Below, piece by piece: positions 20,893-31,385 of a stretch of 63,416 bases of DNA (position 1 is the first letter of the stretch; the number at the start of each line of letters is the position of its first letter). Made by a program: the position numbers and the translations under genes. The notes beneath the pieces were generated by a model. It did not search any database. It was not told the DNA's origin and worked only from the letters and a program-made list of their open reading frames with translations. Location: the NCBI GenBank assembly GCA_963707985.1, contig CAVPRW010000019.1:1-63416 (forward strand), written 5' to 3'. Source of the DNA: an uncultured Nitrospinota bacterium. Its GTDB lineage: Bacteria; Tectomicrobia; Entotheonellia; J063; CAVPRW01.

Positions 20893-20964
20893 GCCGAACG
20901 CTGAGGATAACCTGCTGGTAGGGAGCGCAGCGGCATACCAGTCAGGTTCATCCTGTGGTTAGAC
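20893..20964 (-). other. attC site
   Basis: Near-identical to 18589-18660. Confidence 0.9.
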
Positions 20965-20986
20965 GCCGTTTGCCATTGTGGTGGCG

Positions 20987-21281
20987 CTATGCTCTGCTCC
21001 TCCAGTACCCGGGCCTCCGATGAAGGTGGGCGACTGCCATGATGAAGATCTGCTCTGGATCGATGCGATAGATCAGGCCATACGGGAAGCGCTTCAAGAG
21101 ATAGCGTCGGTATGCGCCTTCGTAGATCGGCCACAGCTGGGGAAATTGCTGAATCCTTTGCACATCCTTCCTCGACTTCATCGAGGAACCGGTCTCCGAG
21201 ACCTCGCTCTCGTCCCTCGTAGGAGGCGGCTGCGGCGCGCATTTCCTCGGCGGCGTCCGTGTGGAAGGCTATGTCAGGCAT
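20987..21281 (-). CDS. ParE/RelE toxin (frameshifted)
   Basis: FHTDAAEEM..YEGRERGLGDRFLDEV / RRYLLKRFPYGLIY..MAVAHLHRRPGYW. Confidence 0.85.
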
Positions 21282-21505
21282 CGGAGGTGTTCACGTGCTT
21301 CTCGCAGCACTTGGTCGGCTGGTTTGGTGACGGAGGCCCCAGCTCTGATTTCTTGATCGCGACGATGGATCTCGACAAGCCAGGCGGCTTTAAGGTCTTT
21401 GTCATCCGCCTCCGCGAGACTTTGAATCAGGAGTTCTGCGAGTTCAGCTCTACTCTTGGCAGGCAATGCTAGTGCCCGTGTGGTCAGCTCCTCAAGCTCG
21501 CTCAT
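21269..21505 (-). CDS. Addiction-module antitoxin (TIGR02574-like)
   Basis: ALALPAKSRAELAELLIQSL..AAWLVEIHRR. Confidence 0.85.
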   Translation of the reverse strand: MSELEELTTRALALPAKSRAELAELLIQSLAEADDKDLKAAWLVEIHRRDQEIRAGASVTKPADQVLREAREHLRCLT

Positions 21506-21561
21506 GTGGGATCCTCCTCTTCGATCATCGAATCTTCCCGAGACTATACCGTTTAACAGCC

Positions 21562-21622
21562 GTCTGACGCCCTGCGTCAGACGCGAGCGGTTAACGAGTC
21601 GGCCTCCACGCGGTTGTTAGCC
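21562..21622 (-). other. attC site
   Basis: GGCTAAC (stop of ORF 21617)...GTCAGAC variant core. Confidence 0.75.
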
Positions 21623-22666
21623 CTCGCCCAGTGGGTGACCCTCTGAGCGATCGGCAGTGTTTACTTCTCCTTCGCATGAGGAGCAAGCCTTGGCCAAGTG
21701 GTGTTCGATCGGCTTCAACAACACGGCGAACAAGGATTGCAACAGGGAGCGTTGCTCCGCAAGAGGCAGTGTTAACAGGTGCTGTAGGTCTTCATCTGCA
21801 GCGGCGATGCCGAGTCCGTCGGCGTTCAACCACGTCCGTTCCGGTGGGAGGCTCTCGATCTCGCAAGCCGTGTCCAAGAATTGGACATTCCAGTCGCGAT
21901 CGAGCCAGATGGCTAGTTGGGTTCTGCCGGGCTCTTCGAAGGTAAGCCCGAAAAAGCCCCACACCTGACGCTGGACATCTGCGTGCTGGTACTGGAGCTG
22001 AAAGCATGCGCCCGTCCAGCCCGATCCGTGGGCCCGCTGAGTTTGATAACGCGAGTAGGTGAAGTCGCTGTGGCTTGCACCGCCCATGACCTCTTCGATC
22101 AGCACATTGAGCGATACCAGTGAGTATAGAGAGCTCGGATCGAATCGGACGTCACGGAGTTCAATCATGTTACATACCCGTCTCACATAGCGGAGGTAGG
22201 CACGCACTAATATTTCATCGTTCCCAAAGGTATTGTCCGCACATTCGACGAAATCGCGCCAGAGGCGCACGGACCAGCCCAGCTGTTCCGTCTTGATTCG
22301 TTGTTCTGGATCAAGTACGTGGTTGGTCAAGAGCACCAGATGGGATCCGGGGTGATCGACAATGCGCCCGGCATACTGCTGCAGGTGGTAGTTTCGGTCG
22401 TAGATCTTCACTTCAATGAAAGTCGTCGCTGAGGCGACGCTGCAGCGGATGTCGACCCTGCTGTCCACACCGAGACTTACCTCGCGCTCGACGTTGACGG
22501 GCACACCAGGAGGCATTGTTATCCCAATAAAGTCCGCCAAGAACGCAGCGAACCTCGGAACCGCGTGGCACAGAGCCCACGTGGCGTCAGAAAGGTCGTT
22601 CTCGCGGTATCGGCGCTCCGCAAGGCGCGGAAAAAAGTCGGTGACTTCGATCGAGAGCGACGACAT
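21617..22666 (-). CDS. PD-(D/E)XK nuclease-family protein (cassette)
   Basis: REN.LSD, VERE..SRVDI..FIEVKI..QY. Confidence 0.75.
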   Translation of the reverse strand: MSSLSIEVTDFFPRLAERRYRENDLSDATWALCHAVPRFAAFLADFIGITMPPGVPVNVEREVSLGVDSRVDIRCSVASATTFIEVKIYDRNYHLQQYAGRIVDHPGSHLVLLTNHVLDPEQRIKTEQLGWSVRLWRDFVECADNTFGNDEILVRAYLRYVRRVCNMIELRDVRFDPSSLYSLVSLNVLIEEVMGGASHSDFTYSRYQTQRAHGSGWTGACFQLQYQHADVQRQVWGFFGLTFEEPGRTQLAIWLDRDWNVQFLDTACEIESLPPERTWLNADGLGIAAADEDLQHLLTLPLAEQRSLLQSLFAVLLKPIEHHLAKACSSCEGEVNTADRSEGHPLGEG

Positions 22667-22683
22667 CTCTTGCTCCTTCTGAC

Positions 22684-22783
22684 GGCTAACGGGGCGCCTC
22701 ACCTGCACCGGGGAGCTGTACAAGGCTACGCCTGCCAAAAACGCACCGCGCTCCCCGGTGTCGGGTGCAGGCGATGGTTAGGC
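22684..22783 (-). other. attC site
   Basis: GCCTAAC...GTTAGCC with CGCCTGCACC/GGTGCAGG arms. Confidence 0.85.
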
Positions 22784-22962
22784 GCGCGACCTCCGACAGC
22801 CCCTCGCTTGGCCTCCCCATATCCCTATGGAGTTAAGGCCTGAAGCACGATTGTGCTACTCCGACCCTATTTTTCGCCATACATCCTCGGCTAGCTACTC
22901 CCTCTTCTGCATAGGGAGAACCGCTGATGTGCTACCCCGCTCCTGCGCTCGCCCTCCTCCCC

Positions 22963-23745
22963 TCACGACCCCAGTCGTGCCAGATAATGCCGTATGGCAT
23001 GCACACACGCCGCCGGCTGCTCGGCCAAAGGCAGGTGCCCACAGCGCTGCAAGACCACCGACTCAGCCCCCGCTATGCCCCGGAGATATGCCTGGGCATG
23101 GGCCGTGGAGACGACGCTATCTTGCGCTCCCCAGATAATCAACGTTGGCGTTTTGACGCGGTACAGGTAGCGCGCCAGCTTGGGGTTATCGGGGAATTGC
23201 CAGGCAAAACGCGCCAGCGTCTGGCGTGCCCGTAAGAGCGCTTCGAGGGACTCTGGCACTGGCACATCGGGTATCAGTATCTGGGCCACGGCTACCTTGG
23301 GATCAGCAAATAGGGCCGACCGCATCTGGCCTGGATCGAGGCGCAGGAGATCGAGAGCGGGGGCCTCGGGCACACGCAAGCCGAATGCATCCACCAGGAT
23401 GAGCCCACGTAGCATCTCCGGGTAGCGCACCGCCCACTCCGCCGCTAACCAACCCCCGAGTGAGGCACCGAGCAGGACCGGGCGTTCAAGCCCCAGCGTG
23501 GTACACACATCCAGATAGTGAAACACCAGGTCGTCCATGCCCTCAATGTCGTCCAGATCTGTCGAACCAGCGCAGCCTGGGTGGATCGGCAAGATGACCT
23601 CATAGTGCTCGGCGAGGGCGTCGTGTACTGGCGTCCACGTATAGCTAAACGTGTCGTGGAGATAGAGGAGTGGCTGGCCTGTGCCGCCCCGCATGAGACG
23701 GATGTGGCGGTCGCGTACTGTCAAGGTCTCTGTGCGGTAGCTCAT
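22963..23745 (-). CDS. Alpha/beta hydrolase
   Basis: GASLGG nucleophile elbow, PTLIIWG.QD, CGHLP. Confidence 0.92.
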   Translation of the reverse strand: MSYRTETLTVRDRHIRLMRGGTGQPLLYLHDTFSYTWTPVHDALAEHYEVILPIHPGCAGSTDLDDIEGMDDLVFHYLDVCTTLGLERPVLLGASLGGWLAAEWAVRYPEMLRGLILVDAFGLRVPEAPALDLLRLDPGQMRSALFADPKVAVAQILIPDVPVPESLEALLRARQTLARFAWQFPDNPKLARYLYRVKTPTLIIWGAQDSVVSTAHAQAYLRGIAGAESVVLQRCGHLPLAEQPAACVHAIRHYLARLGS

Positions 23746-24923
23746 CCCACGACTCCTGCGGGCACGGGGGCATCGCTATTGACATGTTTGAGCCTAGGCA
23801 TAACTTCCTGGGCGAACAACGTCATGCTTTTCTTGGTCAGCTCGGTGGGCACATTCCCTACGGAGAAATTCGCCACAAGCAGCCCAAATCCGACGCGTTG
23901 GGCATAGTCTTCGAGGCGTTGCCGCACGGTCTCCGGGCTGCCGACCACGACATAGCCACCGCGCTCCACCTCTTCCCAGGTGCTCAAGTTGCCCGGACGA
24001 GAGCCTAGGCGGCGCTCTGCCATAGTGAGCATCGTGGGTAACGAGGTGTGACCTGGGGGGAGACTCAAAGGCGCTGGGGTTTTCAGCAGGTTCCGGGCAT
24101 AGTACCAGAAGTACGGCTCGTATTCGCGCCGCGCCTGCTCGTCGGTCTCCGCGACGTAGACCCCGATGCCCCAACCAATTTGCCCATAGCGCGCCGTGTA
24201 CCCCTCGCGCTCACAGCACTCGCGGAAATATTGGGCGCTCTGGCGCCGTAGCTCGAAGGGGGCCAGGGTCGGGAGCACCATATAGGTATAGCGTTGTCTG
24301 GCCACCCACTCCATCGTCTCCGGGCTGCCAGAGCCTGGGATCCAGATGGGCGGATGTGGCTGCTGGTATGGTTTCGGCCACAAATTGATGTACCGGAAGC
24401 GGTAGTGCTTGCCTTCCCACGCAAACGGCCCATCATGCGTCCACGCCTTGACGATGAGATCGTGCGCCTCATGGAAACGTTCGCGGGCATACGTGGGGTT
24501 GACATTGTACGAGAAATACTCCATGCCAGTGCCCACCACCATGCCGGAAATAATTCTCCCCTGGGTAATCACGTCGAGCATGGCCAGCTCTTCAGCGATA
24601 CGCTGGGGATGGTCGTAGAGTGGCAGGACATTGCCCAGGATCGCCAGTTTTGCCTGGGTTGTACGGCGTGCCAGGCAGGCCGCCATGATGTTGGGCGAGG
24701 GCATGTTGCCATAGGCGTTCTGGTGATGCTCGTTGACGCAGATGCCCTCGAAACCGAGCTGGTCAGCGAGTTCGAGTTCGTCCAGATACCGGTTATAGAG
24801 CGGATGGCCTAACTGCGGATCGTAGAGCGTGTTGGGACACGTCACCCAGGCGCTGTCGTAGCGTTCGGCAAAATCTTCGGGCAGGTGGGCCCACGGCATC
24901 AAGTGAAAGCAGAAGAATCGCAT
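23742..24923 (-). CDS. LLM-class flavin-dependent oxidoreductase
   Basis: LGFEGICVNEHHQ, RIAEELAMLDV, PKPYQQPHPPIW. Confidence 0.93.
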   Translation of the reverse strand: MRFFCFHLMPWAHLPEDFAERYDSAWVTCPNTLYDPQLGHPLYNRYLDELELADQLGFEGICVNEHHQNAYGNMPSPNIMAACLARRTTQAKLAILGNVLPLYDHPQRIAEELAMLDVITQGRIISGMVVGTGMEYFSYNVNPTYARERFHEAHDLIVKAWTHDGPFAWEGKHYRFRYINLWPKPYQQPHPPIWIPGSGSPETMEWVARQRYTYMVLPTLAPFELRRQSAQYFRECCEREGYTARYGQIGWGIGVYVAETDEQARREYEPYFWYYARNLLKTPAPLSLPPGHTSLPTMLTMAERRLGSRPGNLSTWEEVERGGYVVVGSPETVRQRLEDYAQRVGFGLLVANFSVGNVPTELTKKSMTLFAQEVMPRLKHVNSDAPVPAGVVG

Positions 24924-24941
24924 AGAGCCTCCAGGGAATGG

Positions 24942-24980
24942 CCCTCACCCTCGTGCAAACCCTCTCAGAGGGAGAAGGGG
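24942..24980. repeat. REP-like CCCTCACCC..CCCTCTC..GAGGGAGA.GGG hairpin
   Basis: Same motif as 62205-62298. Confidence 0.5.
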
Positions 24981-25083
24981 AAGGCGCAGGAATCCGGCCT
25001 AATGTGTAGAGGAAATTCAAATACTATTTTTGCTAATGACCACTGTTGCTGGTGTACCTCCTTGCCACTCCGGTGGAACGCAT

Positions 25084-25116
25084 GCCTAACCAGTGATTCA
25101 ACCGTTTTCCGTATAA
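25084..25116 (-). other. attI site (putative)
   Basis: Minus strand TTATACGGAAAACGGTTGAATCACTGGTTAGGC; GTTRRRY core upstream of and divergent from intI. Confidence 0.7.
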
Positions 25117-25406
25117 CCCTCTTGAGTAGCGCAGGGGTAAAAACACTTGACGTTCCCATTGTTTGCATGGCCCCCTTCACGGCAACGCGTCACACTCAGG
25201 CCCTCACGAGCACGTCTCACTGGCCAACACCTTGATTTCATATGGTTTCCACAACACCATCCCGGTGGGAAAGGCAAGCATGCGCCACTATAGCACACAC
25301 AGATCAAGCAAACCTGACCAATCCTTGACTTCCCCCATTCGTGCTGTATCACATGCGTGATGTAATAATATGCAGCAGCGGGATAATAGCGGTGGAGGAG
25401 TCACGC

Positions 25407-26768
25407 ATGAGCGTATTCCCGGCCCCTGATCCGAGATACGGCGAGGTCCTCGTGGCCAAACAGGTTCCGCGTCCACAATGGCGGAACGACCACACATGGG
25501 TGCGGTTCTATCTGCATGTTTGCCAGAAGTACCGCCACCGTCCCGCCGATTCCAAGAGCTTGGAGTTGTTCCTAGGAACACTGGCGTCGAAAGGCCAAAC
25601 GGCCGCACAACGGGCCCAGGCACACTGCGCGGTTGACTATGACGCCGTGTTCTTGTCGCCGGAGGTGCCATCGTGGCGAGACGACGACGCTGGCGTGCTG
25701 ACCGCGCCGACAGACGGAGCAGATGGTCGCGCGGCACGGAAGCCGGAGAACATCATCGGTCCGTCTCCCAGGATGGAGGCACCCGCGCCTGTCCTCGCCC
25801 AGGCCAATGGCACGCGCGATCAGACGCACGCGGCGTGGCGGGAGGTGGAAGCGAAGTTGACAGACGAAATCCTGCTGCGCCATGATTCGCCCAAGACGCT
25901 CCACGCGTCTGCGGGATGGCTGCGGACGTGCCGGGGGTTCATGGCCACGACCCCTCCGGCGGCGTTGACGGGCACGGAGGCCAAGCGGTGTTTGGCCGAT
26001 CTGGCGGTCAGAAGGCAGGTGTCCGCTGCGGCGTCACACCAGGCGTTCAACGCCCTGCTGTTTCTGTTCCGACATGTGCTTACCACAGAGCTCGGTGATC
26101 TGTCGGATACGCCACGCGCCAAGCGCAGCAAGTCCATCCCAACCGTGCTGTCGCGGCAGGAGGTCGAACGGTTGTTGGCGGCGTTGCACGAACCCTACGC
26201 ATGGGTGGCGATGCTCATGGACGGGTGTGGCGTGAGGCGTTCCGAGGCCGCCAATCTGCGGCTCCACCAGTTCAATGGTGACACGGGGATGCTCTCGATC
26301 CAGTTCGGCAAGGGCGGCACATCGCGGACCGTGCCGTTGCCGAAGAAGGTCCATGGCGCCATCATGCGGCAGGTCGAACAGGTGAGGGCGCTCCATCAAG
26401 AGGAGCTGAAGTGGGGCGATGACGGCGTGTTTCTGCCGGCGTCGTTCGCAAAGAAGGCGACGTCGGCGGCGCGGGACCTCGTCTGGCCGTGGTGCTTTCC
26501 CGCACCACGGCTGACGCTCGTGGCGGCGACGCGCGACGTGCGGCGTGACCATGTGCATGACACCGATATTCAGCGGGCGATCAAGGCAGCGGCCCGCCAG
26601 GCGGGCATGCCCAAGCGGGTGTCGCCGCACACCCTGCGGCACACGTTCGCGACGCATCTGTTGCAGGCAAACGACGACATCCGCCAGATTCAGCAAATGC
26701 TGGGCCACAGCGATGTGCGCACCACGATGATCTACACCCATACGATCACATCCGACCTCAAGCCGTGA
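25407..26768 (+). CDS. intI: Integron integrase with N-terminal extension; mutationally eroded
   Basis: [14 protein letters not shown], IntI-specific insert (GVFLP..W.WCFPA..RRDHVH), [26 protein letters not shown]. Confidence 0.92.
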   Translation: MSVFPAPDPRYGEVLVAKQVPRPQWRNDHTWVRFYLHVCQKYRHRPADSKSLELFLGTLASKGQTAAQRAQAHCAVDYDAVFLSPEVPSWRDDDAGVLTAPTDGADGRAARKPENIIGPSPRMEAPAPVLAQANGTRDQTHAAWREVEAKLTDEILLRHDSPKTLHASAGWLRTCRGFMATTPPAALTGTEAKRCLADLAVRRQVSAAASHQAFNALLFLFRHVLTTELGDLSDTPRAKRSKSIPTVLSRQEVERLLAALHEPYAWVAMLMDGCGVRRSEAANLRLHQFNGDTGMLSIQFGKGGTSRTVPLPKKVHGAIMRQVEQVRALHQEELKWGDDGVFLPASFAKKATSAARDLVWPWCFPAPRLTLVAATRDVRRDHVHDTDIQRAIKAAARQAGMPKRVSPHTLRHTFATHLLQANDDIRQIQQMLGHSDVRTTMIYTHTITSDLKP

Positions 26769-27006
26769 CAACGTCCGCATGATTTGTCCTGTGAGGCGGG
26801 GACGTAGAGGCGTGCGCAACGACACGTGACAGCGGGCCCCGTGGAGGCGACGCGCATCGCGTGGGGGCAAAGCCAAGCGCCCACACGTGGCACCACGGCA
26901 TCACGCGTCGACTCGGAGGCACGCCGGAAGAACGCTGCGCGGATCTGGAAGGACCGTCTCTGCCAGCGCGTACGCGCGCCTGCGGGCGCCCTGATCGACC
27001 GACCCC

Positions 27007-27735
27007 TTGATGGCGGACGCCGCGGACGTCCCCAAAGCCTACCTGTTTTTCGAAGCCGACACGGAGGAGCGGCTCGACCCGACGGAGGCCGATGAGCTGG
27101 CGCGGCTCTTGCGCGAGTATCAAATCCCGATCGCGATCCTGAACGCCTGCCAGTCGGGGCAGCAGGTGGGCGACACCGAGACCAGCCTCGCGAGTCGCCT
27201 GGTGCAGGCCGGCATGCAGACCGTGCTGGCCATGGGCTACTCGGTCACGGTCAGTGCGGCGGCGTTGATGATGCCGACGCTCTACCGGAGTGTGCTGCCG
27301 CACCGGAACCTGCTCGCGGCCTTCGGCGAGGCGCGGGCCGCCCTGCACCACGAGAAGCGCCGCCGCGCCTATTTTAACCAGGAGATCCGCCTCGAAGACT
27401 GGCTCCTGCCGGTCGTGTACCAGCCGCAGGGGGACGTCCCGACCACACTGCCGCTGCGCGAGATGACGCTCGCCGAACAGGCGGCGCTGCTGGCCAGACG
27501 GGTGGACCGCTACCAGGCCCCCGAACCACCGTTTGGTTTCGTCGGGCGGGACGTGGACATCCTGCAGATCGAGACGCGCGTGCTGAGCACGAGCGAAGAC
27601 AAGCGGCGCAACCTGCTCCTGGTGCAGGGCATGAGGGGCGCCGGCAAGACGACGCTGGTGCACCACCTGGGCTGGTGGTGGCAGTTGACGGGCCTGGTCG
27701 ACGAGGTCTTCTACGTCGGCTACGACGAGAAGGCG
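27007..27735 (+). pseudogene. CHAT (caspase-like) plus NB-ARC fragment
   Basis: ILNACQS, FVGRD, GMRGAGKTT; both ends missing. Confidence 0.8.
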
Positions 27736-29217
27736 CACACCCCGTGTCCCCGTCGAGGGCAGCATGAGCTTCCCCGGCATCTCGCGCGGGATGGTTGAAG
27801 AAGACTGTCGCCAAACGCCCAGATGGCCGGCGGGCCGATCGCGAAGGGCTTGATACGGGCGCACAACCCTCCGTCGGAGCGTTGATGCGGTATCCAGGCT
27901 CTGGCGTGCACGGGCTGCTCGCTGGCGCACTAGTGGACCATGTGGCCCGCCGACTGAACGCGCGGCCCATGCGCATTCGAGGGACGCATCGCACCGGTCC
28001 TGATCCCACGGCAGCGGGCTGGCATGCACGCGGTTCCCCGGATCACGCCGCACCAACAGGCTCGTGACGCCGGTGGGGCTAGTGCTGGCTGAGCCATGCA
28101 GGCGGTCGAGCGAGGGCCGTGTATGGGCGAGGCCAGACGCGCATGGTCGGTCCTGCAGCCGCACGGAAGTGCCGCGTGGCCGTCCTGGCGAGCTGGGTGT
28201 GATGCCGCAGAGCTGCAGGCTGTCAGACTATGCGCCTGCGTTATCCGGTGCTCCCCACCTCGCTCACCATCCTCCTGCTCGGTCAGGATTTTTCATTCAT
28301 CGCTGATGGAAATGCACGGTGAGGTCTACTCGCCTCTTCCGTCTCTGCCAGTATACGGTAGCAGTCCCTCTGGTGCCACCGCGGCGCTGCAGGTGGGCAC
28401 GGAGCGCGAGCCGCCAGAGGCGCAGGTGTTAATATCCGGGAGTCACCCCGAGCACGGATAGGCGCATCGGCTGCCGGCCAGGGTGTTCGTGGTCGGCTCG
28501 ATGGCGTGCTCGCTGACGCCGCGCATATGGCCCTGGAAGCCTTGCCGGTACGCGTATGCCGATACGATGGTCGAGGCCCTTGACGTCATGGTTGTCTTCC
28601 CCTCGCGGGTGCGTCCAGGAGACCTTTAGCTGGCTGCGGCGGACGCACCTGCGAAAGTTATGAAACATAGGAAAAATCCTCCTCACCATGAAGCGGACAC
28701 CCCCCAGGACTCTTGCGCTGCCTGCCTGACAATTTTGTCGGGGAGGGGCTGACGGACCTGGGTGCGCATGCCTATGACCTCGTCGATCATGCCTCCCGCC
28801 AGCGCTGGTGGTGCGGTGTCGCGCTATAGCCCCACGAGCCGCCTTCATCCCACCGTTCAGGTATGGTCGCGGTTCCGACCAGCAATCAGGCTGCATCGCC
28901 GTGGCTTCAACGCCGGTGGTGGTTGTCATGCCGCTCAATGATCGTGCCCGCGATCGCGATGATTTCCATCACGCCGAGCCGGTTGTATGGGTGAGGAACA
29001 TCGTGGTGTATCCGCGAATCGTGTCCACGGATGTGGACGTTTTATGTTGTAACATAATTAAGAAGCCTGATCTGGAACACATGAAGTCCCCGTGACGCCC
29101 GGCTGCCCCCCTATCAGTGGGGCAGCGAATGCATCCGCGTCGCAGCTCTAGGTCCGGCTTTGTGGTGAGACCATCTCCATACTCAACAATTGTGCATCAT
29201 GCTGAGCCGGAGATTCT

Positions 29218-29452
29218 GAGACAAGTGTTGATCGCTGTTTTTGGGGATGAAGAAGGTATTCCAACGCCATCGACGGATCATTTCTCAAACGGCGGTTTTC
29301 GGGACTCACCAGTGTCGCTGAAACTCACGCACGTTGCACGCATGAGATGTTGATGATTGAGATAGTTTTTTAAGACAATGGCGTCTTCGTCACGAGCGCA
29401 GGAGAAAAAAGAGGCTGGGGGTGTCTCAAGAAATCTTGGTTTTGTAAGACAC
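29218..29452. other. res-like multi-subsite region
   Basis: Repeated TGTCTCA/TGAGACA half-sites; homologous to 17174-17404; single subsite again at 31541-31568. Confidence 0.55.
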
Positions 29453-29766
29453 TAACCTCGCAGCTGCAGCGGGAAATTGACGGTACCGCCTCTGGCGATA
29501 AACTTGGGTTACCGAGAAGTCAGGTGATCTGGGTACATCGAGGCAACGGCTCATGCCGAAAGCGTGGCATATTCACGGGAATACCCCTCCATGGAAGGGG
29601 GATTGTTACCCACTTTTAGCACTAGTGGGTAACAAGTTCTCTGTCACTTTATAGGCTGTACACTCCCGCTGGATGGAGATGTGATTTACTAGACTCGTAA
29701 TCATGGTCATGCGTCCGCTTCATCGTTTTGCGCAGCTCCTTTCTGGTTACATAAGGAGGCCACCCT

Positions 29767-30153
29767 ATGGCGCGCTGGTGGACAAAGCCGCCAATCATTA
29801 TCGCTGCCCTGGGGGTCCTGGCGGTCATCATTACGGCACTCCTCTCTGGGACGACTATCAAACAACAGACGTCTGGTCCAGGCAGTCCCGCCATCGGCAG
29901 CGCGGGTCGTGATGTCACGATTACGCAGCAGCCGCTGCCGCCCTCTGCTGGACAGAGTCCCGCAACGCCACCGGCACCACTCTCTCCCCCACCGGCCACA
30001 CCCACACCGCTGGGGCAACCCTGGTGGCAACAGCTGCCCATTATCGTGGCGATCATTGCGGCGGTGGCCACTATTATCGCGGCCCTTATTCAACGGGCGC
30101 GCGCTACGCCGCCTGCCGAAACCACGACACGGCGATCAAGGCGTACATCATGA
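29767..30153 (+). CDS. Small membrane protein with Pro-rich linker
   Basis: Two hydrophobic segments; AGGAGG RBS; ATGA overlap with next gene. Confidence 0.6.
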   Translation: MARWWTKPPIIIAALGVLAVIITALLSGTTIKQQTSGPGSPAIGSAGRDVTITQQPLPPSAGQSPATPPAPLSPPPATPTPLGQPWWQQLPIIVAIIAAVATIIAALIQRARATPPAETTTRRSRRTS

Positions 30154-31385
30154 GAATCGTCTGGCTGGTGGTGCTCAGCATCGTTACCGCCCAAGCGCAA
30201 GCAGCCGTCATGGAGACCATCACGCAAACGACCACTGGCAGGTGCAGCCCTACCATAAGCCATGTCGATGGGAGTGTGACGGTTGTCTGTCAAGAAGGGA
30301 TTCCTGCTGAGCAGTTTCAACACCTTGCGGAAGAATTGGGGGTGACGAAGGCCGCTCTCACGAGCTTCTTCAAAATCCTGGAACAGAAGCGCGTGCCCCT
30401 TGAGGACCTCGATGCGAAGCTGCGTGAAATTGCGATGCACTACACTACGGTGCTCGAACGGGTCCGCACGCTCAGTGCCAACGATCCGCACATCGCCCAA
30501 GTCCGCGATGCCGCCGAGACAGCAATCCGCGAGGGGGAGTTTGACCGGGCAGAGCAGTTCCTCAATGAGGCAAGCGCGCGGGATCTCGCAGCGGCCCAAG
30601 AACTCCAAGACCTCCTGGCACAGCGCCTCCTGGCCGCTGCAGAGGCGAAGGCCACCAATGATACATTGAAAAAGACCCAGTTGGCCTATGCCGAAGCCGC
30701 GAACTATTACCGGCAAGCCACGAAGCTCGTGGAGCAGATGCCTGTAGGGAGCGAGGTACACCTTGCCCGCTTTCTGAACGACTGGGGAGTCGCGTCCGGC
30801 AATGCTGGCGATCTCAGAGACGCGGAGGGTCCCCTACAACGGGCGCTGACAATCCGCGAGGCAGTGTTGGGGGCACAGCATCTCGACGTGGCCGAGAGCC
30901 TCCACAGCCTGGCCATGCTCTCCTATGTCCAGGGCCGCTATGCGGATGCGGAGCCGCGCTATCAGCGGGCACTGGCTATCTTGGAGAAGCTGCTTGGCCC
31001 CGAGCATCCCGCCGTGGCTACAGTGGGAAAGAACTACGCTGCTTTATTGCGAGCGACCAACCGCGATGCCGAAGCAGCACAACTTGAGGCGCGATTGTCA
31101 TTACCTCAGCCCCCCCGCGCTTGGCTGGGTATACGGATGAGGCGCTCCATCGAGCCTCCTGGTCTCTTGGTTGAGCAGGTGATCGCCGAGAGTTCTGCGG
31201 CCCACGCGAGGATACAGCCGCATGACGTCATCATACGCTTCAACGCTCAAGAAGTGTCCGACCTGCAGACGCTCCTTTTGCTGGTGGGGGCTGTGGCCAT
31301 AGGAACCACCGTTGACGTGGAGATCATCCACGACGGCCAGAGACGCACGATACCGGTGATCTTAGAGCAAAGACCACGACCGTAA
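30150..31385 (+). CDS. Secreted TPR plus PDZ domain protein
   Basis: Signal peptide, TPRs (GRYADAEPRYQRALAI.EK.LGPEHP), PDZ (WLGI..SSAAHARIQPHDVI). Confidence 0.85.
   Translation: MRIVWLVVLSIVTAQAQAAVMETITQTTTGRCSPTISHVDGSVTVVCQEGIPAEQFQHLAEELGVTKAALTSFFKILEQKRVPLEDLDAKLREIAMHYTTVLERVRTLSANDPHIAQVRDAAETAIREGEFDRAEQFLNEASARDLAAAQELQDLLAQRLLAAAEAKATNDTLKKTQLAYAEAANYYRQATKLVEQMPVGSEVHLARFLNDWGVASGNAGDLRDAEGPLQRALTIREAVLGAQHLDVAESLHSLAMLSYVQGRYADAEPRYQRALAILEKLLGPEHPAVATVGKNYAALLRATNRDAEAAQLEARLSLPQPPRAWLGIRMRRSIEPPGLLVEQVIAESSAAHARIQPHDVIIRFNAQEVSDLQTLLLLVGAVAIGTTVDVEIIHDGQRRTIPVILEQRPRP

Noticed and set aside
28432..28460. Right TIR for the element starting at 16961
   Set aside because: Only ATCCGGGGAG matches, with no target duplication
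26758..28938. Long ORFs 26758-28164(-), 27374-28009(-) and 28429-28938(-)
   Set aside because: GC-rich antisense or shadow frames without recognisable motifs
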